Of a stretch of DNA of 39,329 nucleotides, positions 8,552 through 16,775 are shown piece after piece. Numbering within the stretch: the first letter of the stretch is position 1; the number at the start of each line of letters is the position of its first letter. Made by a program: the position numbers and the translations under genes. The notes below the pieces were generated by a model that was not told where the DNA came from, searched no databases, and saw nothing but the letters and a program-made list of their open reading frames with translations. This stretch comes from Acidobacteriota bacterium. Lineage in GTDB: Bacteria > Acidobacteriota > Vicinamibacteria > Vicinamibacterales > UBA2999. The stretch spans positions 1 through 39,329 of the forward strand of contig JANOZI010001083.1 of NCBI GenBank assembly GCA_031429375.1, written 5' to 3'.

Positions 8552-9236
8552 GAAGTTACCGGGTCAAGGAGGCTATGCGATGGCCGCCCTGCTCGTGGCT
8601 ATGAGCGTGATGGCCGTGCTGATGGGTGCGCTGATGCCCCAATGGACGACGCTGGCGACGCGCGAAAAGGAACAAGAACTCATTTTCCGCGGCAATCAGT
8701 ATGCCCGCGCGATTGGGCTGTTCCAGCGCAAATTTGCCAACACGGCGCCGCCGACCATCGACGTACTGGTTGAACAACGCTTTCTCCGCAAGAAATACAA
8801 AGACCCGATTGCCAACGACGACTTTCAGCCGATCTATGCCAGTCAGGCGATCCAGTCCGGTACCCCTCGCCCGGGTCAACAGGCGCCGCCTCCGACTATC
8901 CAGACCCCGCCCTCGGGTGTCGGGGGACAGCGTGGACTTGGCACCGGCGGCATCATCGGCGTGACGTCCAAGAGCACCGAGACGTCCCTGCGCGTGTTCA
9001 ACGGCCGCAGTAAGTACAACGAATGGGCGTTCGTCTACGTTCAGACGGTGCAGCGGCCTCAAGGGTCGGGTCAGGGCGGGCAGCCCGGCCAGGTGCCAGG
9101 TCAGCCCGGCCGCGTGGGACCCCAACAGCCAGTTCAGCCCCAGCGTCCGGGAGCTTTTGGCATGCCCTCAGGGTCATTTGGCTCGCAACCGAACCGGCCG
9201 CCGGTGCCAGGGCCGGCGCGGCCGCCAGGGAACTAA
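8550..9236 (+). CDS. Pseudopilin-like membrane protein with P/G/Q-rich C-terminal tail (no Glu at +5)
   Basis: MKLPGQGG/YAMAALLVAMSVMAVLM resembles a prepilin leader plus hydrophobic helix but lacks E+5. An alternative start is ATG 8580, preceded by AAGGAGG 7 nt upstream. The track ORF from 8073 is an antisense extension into the Big/PKD gene. Confidence 0.55.
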   Translation: MKLPGQGGYAMAALLVAMSVMAVLMGALMPQWTTLATREKEQELIFRGNQYARAIGLFQRKFANTAPPTIDVLVEQRFLRKKYKDPIANDDFQPIYASQAIQSGTPRPGQQAPPPTIQTPPSGVGGQRGLGTGGIIGVTSKSTETSLRVFNGRSKYNEWAFVYVQTVQRPQGSGQGGQPGQVPGQPGRVGPQQPVQPQRPGAFGMPSGSFGSQPNRPPVPGPARPPGN

Positions 9237-9240
9237 CCGG

Positions 9241-10268
9241 TCAGGCGGATAAGTCCGCCACCACGGCGTCGTGCACCGCACGCCGTGCGTCTTGCATGCC
9301 CTCACCTCCTCGCGATGGGTACACGCGGTTCGACAGGAACGTCACATACAAGTCCTGCTCTGGATCGATCCACAACGACGTCCCGGTGAAACCGGTATGC
9401 CCGATGGCCCGCGACGACAATCGACTACCGCACGACGAAGTCGGCAGCATGGTGTCCCATCCGAGCCCGCGCGAGCTGCCCGGCACCGTGCTCTTGCGCG
9501 AAAAGACGGGAAGTGCCGAAGAGGTGAGCCACCATCGCGCGCACGCGCCGACGGCCCCCGCTGTACCAAACAGGCCGGCATGTCCGGCGACGCCGTCGAG
9601 CGCGGCGCAATTCTCGTCGTGCACCTCGCCGCGCCGCTCATTTCCGTCGGAGGTCTCTTCGGTCGGCGCCGTGCGGTCATGCCACCCCGGTGACGTCCGA
9701 AACATCAGGTCGACGTCGGCAGCGATCTCGCGCGAGCGCCACGCGGCAAACAGTCGATCGAGAGGTGTTCTCGCCGCCGACTCGATCGCAAATCCCAGCA
9801 GCATGAATCCCGGATCGCTGTAGATCGATTGCGCGCGCGGCAGGTAATCGAGCGGCTCTTCGCTGATCGCCATCTCGAATGACATGCGCCCCCTCCGGCG
9901 CTGCCAGTACGGGCGGTGCGCAGGCAGACCGGAAGAATGTTCGAGCAGGTCCTGAAGCGTAACAGGCTGGCGTTCGTCACCCGTCCACGTCGGTATCCAA
10001 TGCCGTACGCGGTCGTTGATCCGCATTCGCCCAGTAGCGAACTCATCGGCGATTAACGCCGCGGTAGCTAGCACCTTGGTGAGCGAGGCGAGATCGTAGA
10101 TGGTGCCTGGCGCGACGGGCTCTACGCCGGGTGCGTAGTTGAGCGCGCCACGCGCAATCGTCGCTACCGCGCCGGCTGCTCGGCCCACTTCGACAACCGC
10201 GCCGGGAAATACCCGCGCGGCAATGGCGCGCTCGAGGACCGTGGTGACGGATGAAAAGCCGGTGTTCA
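9241..10268 (-). CDS. Serine hydrolase of the beta-lactamase / PBP (class C-like) family
   Basis: SxxK (ASLTK), YSD (YxN-like) and HTG motifs. A GTG start at 10268 lies 4 nt after the upstream symporter stop. The track start at 10389 would overlap the symporter. Confidence 0.8.
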
Positions 10269-10271
10269 CGA

Positions 10272-11714
10272 TCAGGAGGGCGTTGGGGTGTGCCGTGGCG
10301 CCACGGCGGACATGATCTGGGCGACGGTGCAAGTGGTGGCCGCACCGATCAGGACATACCAGGTGAAGGCCACCGTCGTGCCCCACCATACCGCCGTCAC
10401 AATCAGCAGGCCGGCGAGCATTCCCGCGAAGGTGTCACGTTCGGTCACCTTCGACGCCAGTGTGCCGAGCAAGAACGCCCCAAGCACCGGGCCCGAGGCG
10501 AACGAGAGGACCGCCAGTCCGGCATCGAGCACCGACCGTTCCATCCACTGCGCACCAATCGCGACCGCCAACTGGACGATGCCCCATCCCACGGTCGCCT
10601 GTTTTGACACGCGCATCTGCGTGGGCTGGTCGGCCGTCGGGTTCATGTAGGGCAGGTAGAAATCGCTGACCGTGGTGGCGGCCATCGCATTGAGCGACGG
10701 CGAAAGCGCCGCGGCGACGATCGCGGCGACGATGAAACCAGCAAGGCCGTTGGAGAGTTCACTGACGACGAAGATCGGCAGAATCTGATCGGCGCGCGAC
10801 AGCGTCTGCGGGACCGGCACGTGCTGGTAATAGGCGAACAGCATCACGCCGATCAAAAGGAACAGCACGAACTGCGCGAACACGATGAAGCCGCTCAAAA
10901 TCAGGCCACGCGAAGCCTCTTTCGCGCTGCGTGCCGAAAGCAGGCGCTGGACCAGGAACTGATCGGTGCCATGGGTCGACAACGTGAGCGCCACGCCGCC
11001 GAGCAGGCCGGCCCAGATGGTGTACGCGCGGGTCAGGTCGAACGCCGGGTCGAAGAAGACGAAGCGGCCGGTGTCCTGTCCCACGCGAACCACCTCGGGC
11101 CAACCGCCAGGAATCCGGTTGAGCAGCGCCAGCGCCACTGCCGCGGCACCGGCAATATAGACGAACATCTGGACGACGTCGGTCCAGATCACCGCTGAGA
11201 TCCCGCCGCGCATCGTATAGACGATCATCGCCGCGCCGAGGACGATCACCACCCAGGTCACCGGCACTTGCGTCACGATGGAAATCACGAGCGCCGTGGT
11301 GAACAGGCGAATGCCGTCGGCCAGCGATCGCGTGATGAGGAAGATGACCGCCGCCAGTGTCTTCACCCTGGTGCCGAACCGGCGCTGCAGTAACTGGTAC
11401 GAGGTGAACAGCTCGCCGCGAAAATAGGCCGGGATGAAGAGGATGCTCACCAGCAGGCGGCCGATGATGTAGCCGATCGCCAGCTGCAGGAACGTCATGT
11501 TCCCGCCGTACGCCTGCGCCGGGATGCCGATGAAGGTGAGTGTGCTGGTTTCGGTGGCAACGATCGTGAAACAGATGGCCCACCAGGGCACGCTGCGATC
11601 GGTCAGGAAATAATCGCGCGTGGTTTTCTGGTACCTCGCGAACCACGAACCGAACGCGGTGATCGCAAGCAAGTAGACGCCAATGACGGCGTAATCGACT
11701 GCGGACAGCGACAT
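10272..11714 (-). CDS. Sodium:solute symporter (SSS) family transporter
   Basis: About 480 aa and roughly 13 hydrophobic segments, with typical SSS stretches (YFLTDRSVPWW, GGISAVIWTDVVQ). ATG 11714 (MSLSAVDYAVIG) follows the upstream stop at 11728. Confidence 0.85.
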   Translation of the reverse strand: MSLSAVDYAVIGVYLLAITAFGSWFARYQKTTRDYFLTDRSVPWWAICFTIVATETSTLTFIGIPAQAYGGNMTFLQLAIGYIIGRLLVSILFIPAYFRGELFTSYQLLQRRFGTRVKTLAAVIFLITRSLADGIRLFTTALVISIVTQVPVTWVVIVLGAAMIVYTMRGGISAVIWTDVVQMFVYIAGAAAVALALLNRIPGGWPEVVRVGQDTGRFVFFDPAFDLTRAYTIWAGLLGGVALTLSTHGTDQFLVQRLLSARSAKEASRGLILSGFIVFAQFVLFLLIGVMLFAYYQHVPVPQTLSRADQILPIFVVSELSNGLAGFIVAAIVAAALSPSLNAMAATTVSDFYLPYMNPTADQPTQMRVSKQATVGWGIVQLAVAIGAQWMERSVLDAGLAVLSFASGPVLGAFLLGTLASKVTERDTFAGMLAGLLIVTAVWWGTTVAFTWYVLIGAATTCTVAQIMSAVAPRHTPTPS

Positions 11715-11727
11715 GGACCCGGGCAGT

Positions 11728-13080
11728 TTAGTGCGATCCGGCTCCGAATGCGGCACGCCCCAGCTCGCTCAGGCTGCCGACGCTGTTCGGGGGGGCGGTC
11801 AGGGCGTCGTATGAAAACAGGATGATTCCGTTGGCGCCGAGCTTGCGGGCGGCGGCAATGTGCTGCACGGTCTGCAATTGGGTCAGGTGGTAGGCGCCAA
11901 TACCCGCCCACACCGGTACGTTACCGGCATAGTCGCGAGCGGCAGATACCTGCTGTTGGAACATGCCTTCGTCGGTGGTGTACGCCATGGGGCAGAGCAC
12001 GTCGAGCAGCGATTGGTCGAGCCAGGCGCGCCAATCCTGCAAACGGGACATGGCGGCCTGCCGCGCGTCGGGTACGACGGCGGCGCTGACGATCGTTCCC
12101 GGCCGTGCCGCTTTGACCGCAGTCCGCACCTTCACGACCAGCTCCGTCAGGCCGGAGCGACGGAACTCATCCCAGCGTTCGGCGAACAGGTTGGGGTAGG
12201 CGGCAGGATCGAGCACTTCGCGGGCGGTGGCATCCCGGCGTTCCTGCTCCGTCAACCCAGGCAGGATGGTCGTCTTGAACAATTCGATCGCCGACGGGCT
12301 GTAGTCGAAGCTTTCGTTCGGAAAGCGGAGGTAGTCGAGGTGAACGCCATCGACCGCGTACTTCTGCACCAACTCGCCGATCACCGCTGCGACATGTGCT
12401 TGCGCGCCCGGGTGGACGGGTGAGGTGTAGAGGCCCTCCACCTCGGAGGCATGGGCGCGCGTCCAGCGGGCCAGCCGGCCGAGATATGCAGGACTTCGAA
12501 CATCGACCTTCTTCATTTCGGCCGCGAGTTCACGTGGCACCATCAGCCACTCCGGGGCACGGTAGATCACGTGCTCCCGCGAAGCCGGCAGGCTGACCGA
12601 ACTCGACACCAAATTCACGGCCACCCAGGCGTGTACTTTCAGGCCCGCGGCATGCGCGTCATCCAGCACGGTGGCCAGAGGATCGAACGCCGGCTTCGCC
12701 GACAGTTCCGATGCGCGTGGTTCAAGCGTGCTCGCGTAGTAAGAGTCACCGCGTCCGCGCACCTGGACAAGGAGCGTGTTGAAGCCCCCCGCGCCGGCCG
12801 CGCGGACCATTTGGCGAATCGCGTCGGGGGAACTCAACGTGGTGCGCGTCACCCAGAGCGCGCGGGTCTCGTCCTTCGCGTCAATTGCTTCGGAGGACAC
12901 GCGCTCGGGCGCCAAGGTGCTGGACGCCGACGCCAGCGCGGCCAGTCCAGGTGGTCGAACTACAACCAGGGTCACGAGTGCGGCGAACGTCAGCATGAAG
13001 GCTGACCGCTGAACCAGGCGCGCCACGCCGACGGCGGAGCGCGCCACTACTGGGGGAGTGGAGCGAAGCATAGCGAACAC
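11728..13080 (-). CDS. Glycoside-hydrolase-like family 10 (UPF0748 / YngK-YddW-like) protein, secreted
   Basis: N-terminal signal peptide. FNTLLVQVRGRGDSYY, KVHAWV and DGVHLDYLRFP are characteristic of the GHL10/DUF187 TIM-barrel family. Confidence 0.7.
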   Translation of the reverse strand: MFAMLRSTPPVVARSAVGVARLVQRSAFMLTFAALVTLVVVRPPGLAALASASSTLAPERVSSEAIDAKDETRALWVTRTTLSSPDAIRQMVRAAGAGGFNTLLVQVRGRGDSYYASTLEPRASELSAKPAFDPLATVLDDAHAAGLKVHAWVAVNLVSSSVSLPASREHVIYRAPEWLMVPRELAAEMKKVDVRSPAYLGRLARWTRAHASEVEGLYTSPVHPGAQAHVAAVIGELVQKYAVDGVHLDYLRFPNESFDYSPSAIELFKTTILPGLTEQERRDATAREVLDPAAYPNLFAERWDEFRRSGLTELVVKVRTAVKAARPGTIVSAAVVPDARQAAMSRLQDWRAWLDQSLLDVLCPMAYTTDEGMFQQQVSAARDYAGNVPVWAGIGAYHLTQLQTVQHIAAARKLGANGIILFSYDALTAPPNSVGSLSELGRAAFGAGSH

Positions 13081-13132
13081 ATCAATTTAGCACGCCTCGC
13101 GCCCAGACAGGCACGGGTTGTAAGCTAAGTGG

Positions 13133-14113
13133 ATGCATGTGTTGGGCATTGACGCGGGGGGCACCAAGACCGTGGCCCTGTTGGCCGATGCCGACGGCCG
13201 CGTCGTGGGGGAGGGCCGCGCGAGCGGCGCCAACCTCCAGGCTCACGGCGAGCTCGAGGTCGAAAAAGTCCTGCACCACGTGATCGATCAGGCCATGGAG
13301 AAACACCCGATCCCACCGGCGGCGGTGTGCCTGGGGCTTGCCGGCGTGGATCGCGAAGGCGACGGAGAGGTCATCCGCGGCATCATGCGTCGCCTCGGAT
13401 TTCGCGCTCACACGCTGATCGTCAACGACGCCTTGATCGCGCTGGTGGCCGGCGTGCCGCTGATCGAGGGGGCGTCGGCGGTGAGTCAGGGCGTCGTCCT
13501 TATCTCCGGCACCGGCTCGATTGCCTACGGCGTGAACGGGCACGGCGTGGCCGCCCGCGCCGGCGGTTGGGGGACGTCATTAGGCGATGAAGGTTCGGGC
13601 TACTGGATCGGCCGCTGCGCGCTGAAAGCCGTCGCGCGTGACGCTGACGGCCGCGGACCTCACACGCGCTTGACGGCACTGATACTGGCGCATTTTTCGC
13701 TGTCTCGTCCCGAGCAACTCGTGTCGGAGATTTACGACCACGCCCAGGGTAAGCGTGCCATCGCGTCGCTGGGCGAAACCGTCGAGCGGGCCCGCGCCGA
13801 AGGCGATGTCGTGGCCACCGAGATCATGCGCAAGGCGGCCGATGAGCTGACCCTCGCCGCCGCGTCGGTGATTGCCAGGCTCGACATGCGCGGTGAGCAA
13901 TTTCCGATCTTGCTTTCCGGCGGGATGATTCGCAGCGCGCACTGGCTCGCCGGCGAGGTTACTACCCGGCTGTCCGAGGTGGCGCCTCGCAGCATCGTGT
14001 CGGCGCTTGATGGCGACCCGGCCACCGGCGCCGTGCGCCTGGCGTTGGCCGAAGCTCGGGGCGGCGTTCGCGTGCCACCCTACCTTGTGACCTTACGTGA
14101 AGCGCCGCAGTGA
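13133..14113 (+). CDS. BadF/BadG/BcrA/BcrD-type ATPase; N-acetylglucosamine / N-acetylmuramic acid kinase candidate
   Basis: N-terminal LGIDAGGTKT phosphate-1 motif, ISGTGS, and GGWGTSLGDEGSGYWIG typical of the eukaryotic-type GlcNAc kinase family. It lies next to nagB and murQ. Confidence 0.8.
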   Translation: MHVLGIDAGGTKTVALLADADGRVVGEGRASGANLQAHGELEVEKVLHHVIDQAMEKHPIPPAAVCLGLAGVDREGDGEVIRGIMRRLGFRAHTLIVNDALIALVAGVPLIEGASAVSQGVVLISGTGSIAYGVNGHGVAARAGGWGTSLGDEGSGYWIGRCALKAVARDADGRGPHTRLTALILAHFSLSRPEQLVSEIYDHAQGKRAIASLGETVERARAEGDVVATEIMRKAADELTLAAASVIARLDMRGEQFPILLSGGMIRSAHWLAGEVTTRLSEVAPRSIVSALDGDPATGAVRLALAEARGGVRVPPYLVTLREAPQ

Positions 14114-14841
14114 ACATTGAACGATTCGACAACGAAGATGTCCTGGCCTCGACGCTCGCCGCTCGCCTGATCGAAGCCATCTCCCTCAAGCCGCGCATCG
14201 TTCTTGGCCTGCCGACCGGCCGTACGCCGGTTGCCCTGTATCGAGAAGTGCGCTCCCGCAGCCACCGCGGTCATGTCGATTGGTCGCAGGTGCGGACGTT
14301 CAACCTCGACGAGTTCGTGGGTCTGGGCGCCCCAGATGCCGGCAGTTACCGAACCTACATGCAGAGTGAGCTGTTCGATCACGTGCGGATCGAGCCGCTC
14401 AACGTGGGCATGCTCGATGGGATGGCTGCAAACCTGGTTGCCGAATGCGCCCGCTACGAGCGCGCCATCGAACAGGCCGGGGGCATCGACATCCAGATTC
14501 TGGGAATAGGCGCCAACGGCCACATTGGCTTCAACGAGCCCGCTGACGCTCTTGATGCCGAGACACACGTGGCGGCGCTGCAGCCTGAGACACGCAGTGC
14601 CAATGTCGGACTGTTTGGCGGCGACATCGACCGGGTGCCGACCCATGCGCTGTCGATGGGAATGGCGACCATCCTTCACGCTCAGGAGATTGTGCTGATG
14701 GCGACCGGCGAGGAAAAGAGCGCCGCGGTAGCTGGAATGATCGACGGGCCGATCACGACGCGCCTGCCGGCGTCATTCCTGCAGGTGCATTCGCGGGTGA
14801 CGGTCATGCTCGACCGTCCGGCATCCCGACGGCTGGCTTAG
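14110..14841 (+). CDS. nagB: Glucosamine-6-phosphate deaminase
   Basis: GLPTGRTP, FNLDEF and GIGANGHIGFNEP are signature motifs. The start overlaps the kinase stop. Confidence 0.9.
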   Translation: MNIERFDNEDVLASTLAARLIEAISLKPRIVLGLPTGRTPVALYREVRSRSHRGHVDWSQVRTFNLDEFVGLGAPDAGSYRTYMQSELFDHVRIEPLNVGMLDGMAANLVAECARYERAIEQAGGIDIQILGIGANGHIGFNEPADALDAETHVAALQPETRSANVGLFGGDIDRVPTHALSMGMATILHAQEIVLMATGEEKSAAVAGMIDGPITTRLPASFLQVHSRVTVMLDRPASRRLA

Positions 14842-15854
14842 GGCGTGCTGGAAATCAGTTTCTTGAGGCGGGGCTCGATGTCTTCGCTGATCGCCTCGCG
14901 AATGAGGTCGTCCGACTTGCGCAGCCGCGTGATCGCCTTGGCGTAGGTCAGCCCTGTCTTCTGCATCACGATTGCGACCTTCACGTTCCAATGGGCCTTC
15001 TTCAGCAGCTTGTCGGCTTCTTCGTAGTCCAGGTCGGTCACGATGTGGACGATGCGGCGGGCGCGGTCGCGGAGCTTGTCCGATCCGAGCGCGTTCACGT
15101 CAACCATCAGGTTGCCGTAGGTCTTGCCGATCAGAATCATCGCCGACGTCGTCAGCATGTTGAGGACGAGCTTGGTCGCCGTACCTGCCTTGAGCCGCGT
15201 CGAGCCAGCAATGATTTCGGGTCCCACGGCAGGCGCGATGGTCAGGTCGACGAACGCCTGCAGTTCGTTGCGCGGATCACAGGTTACGAAGACCACTCGC
15301 GAGCCGGACTTGCGAGCACTGGTCAACGCGCCACGCACGAAGGGCGTCATGCCGCTCGCCGAGACCCCAACGACGACGTCCTTCTTCGTCGGATCGAGCC
15401 GGGTGATGGCGCGAGCACCTTCCTCGTAGTTGTCCTCCGAGCCCTCCTTGGCGCGAATAATGGCGTTCTTGCCGCCCGCCATGATGCCCTGCACCAGCAG
15501 CGGGTTGGTGCCAAAGGTCGGCGGCATCTCGGCAGATTCGACGACGCCGAGCCGGCCACTGGTGCCGGCGCCGACAAACACGATTCGGCCACCCTTGCGC
15601 AGGGCCTTGGCACAGATGTCGGCACCGAGGGCAATGCGGTCGCGCTCTTTGTGTACGGCGGCAAGCATGCGGCGGTCTTCGGCCAGCATGAGATCGACAA
15701 TGCCACCGGCGTCGAGCTTGTCGATGTTGAGCGAAGCGGGGTTAATGGCCTCGGTAGGGAGCGACTGCCATCTCGAACGTGTTGAAGCCACTAGCGTGTC
15801 TCTGTTTCGACCAAGGGAAAGGCTGATGCTAGTCCCCGGTGTTCCTGCTGTCAA
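14838..15854 (-). CDS. murQ: N-acetylmuramic acid 6-phosphate etherase (SIS domain)
   Basis: LPTEAINPASLNID, GAGTSGRLG, VGVSASG and STRLKAGTATK match MurQ. The start is uncertain (ATG 15854 or GTG 15791). Its stop overlaps the nagB stop (TTAG). Confidence 0.85.
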   Translation of the reverse strand: MTAGTPGTSISLSLGRNRDTLVASTRSRWQSLPTEAINPASLNIDKLDAGGIVDLMLAEDRRMLAAVHKERDRIALGADICAKALRKGGRIVFVGAGTSGRLGVVESAEMPPTFGTNPLLVQGIMAGGKNAIIRAKEGSEDNYEEGARAITRLDPTKKDVVVGVSASGMTPFVRGALTSARKSGSRVVFVTCDPRNELQAFVDLTIAPAVGPEIIAGSTRLKAGTATKLVLNMLTTSAMILIGKTYGNLMVDVNALGSDKLRDRARRIVHIVTDLDYEEADKLLKKAHWNVKVAIVMQKTGLTYAKAITRLRKSDDLIREAISEDIEPRLKKLISSTP

Positions 15855-16767
15855 TGACGCATCGGCTAAGCTACGGGAAGTGAGTGCGCTGATCGACGCC
15901 TATTTATCCCACCTTGCCGTCGAGCGGCGCCTGTCGCCAAACACGGTGGACAGCTACGGCCGAGACCTGACACACCTCCTGCACTTTGCCGCCGGCCTAG
16001 AGACGCCGGTTGAGGACCTCGACCGCCGCGGCCTTGAAGCGCTCGTGCGGCAGTTGATGGGGGAGGGGCGGTCGCCGACTTCGGTCGCGCGAGCCGTGGC
16101 GTGCTTTCGCGGTTTCTACCGGTTCCTGGTGGTGTCGGGACACCGCACCCTCAACCCGGCCGACGACCTGCGCGCACCTCGGGCGTGGAAGACCCTCCCT
16201 AAATTCCTCTCGACCGAGGACGTGGACAAGCTGCTAGGCGCTCCCGACATAACCGCCGCGCGAGGTCTCCGCGACCGCGCCCTGATTGAAGTGCTCTATG
16301 CCACTGGCTTGCGCGTGTCGGAGTTGATTAATTTGAAGCCGCAGGACGTAAACCTCGAGAGCGGCTATCTGACCACCACCGGCAAGGGGCGCAAGCAACG
16401 ACTGGTACCGCTCGGTGATGAAGCGGCGTCTTGGGTCACTCGCTATCTCCAGGATTCTCGGCCGGCCTTGCTCAAGAAACGGACCTCGACGCGGTTGTTC
16501 GTGAATGCGCGCGGCGGATCGGGGCTGACACGTGTGGGGTTCTGGAAGATCCTGACAGCCTACGGCCGGCAATGTGGAATGACCGCGTCGCTCAGTCCGC
16601 ATGTACTGCGCCACTCGTTTGCCACTCATCTGCTCGAGCGTGGCGCCGACCTGCGCGCCATCCAGATGATGCTTGGGCACAGCGATTTGTCAACGACGCA
16701 AATCTACACGCATGTTCTGGAAGCGCGGCTGCGATCGGTGTACGACAAGTTCCACCCTCGTTCGTAA
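15826..16767 (+). CDS. xerD: Tyrosine recombinase XerD
   Basis: LEVLYATGLRVSEL, HVLRHSFATHLLERGADLRAIQMMLGHSDLSTTQIYTHV and a C-terminal FHPRS. A GTG at 15880 is an alternative start that gives an E. coli-like 295 aa. The track ORF from 15430 is an extension antisense to murQ. Confidence 0.85.
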   Translation: MLVPGVPAVNDASAKLREVSALIDAYLSHLAVERRLSPNTVDSYGRDLTHLLHFAAGLETPVEDLDRRGLEALVRQLMGEGRSPTSVARAVACFRGFYRFLVVSGHRTLNPADDLRAPRAWKTLPKFLSTEDVDKLLGAPDITAARGLRDRALIEVLYATGLRVSELINLKPQDVNLESGYLTTTGKGRKQRLVPLGDEAASWVTRYLQDSRPALLKKRTSTRLFVNARGGSGLTRVGFWKILTAYGRQCGMTASLSPHVLRHSFATHLLERGADLRAIQMMLGHSDLSTTQIYTHVLEARLRSVYDKFHPRS

Positions 16768-16775
16768 ATGGAGAT

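Noticed and set aside
11565-11573. parS half-site cgtgaaaca
   Set aside because: Only the right half matches TGTTNCACGTGAAACA, and the left half (caacgat) does not. It also lies inside the symporter coding region and is most likely a chance match.
15826-16767. Tyrosine recombinase as a marker of an integrated mobile element
   Set aside because: Its sequence signatures and size match housekeeping XerD. No flanking direct or inverted repeats, tRNA target, phage or transposon genes, or compositional shift are visible.
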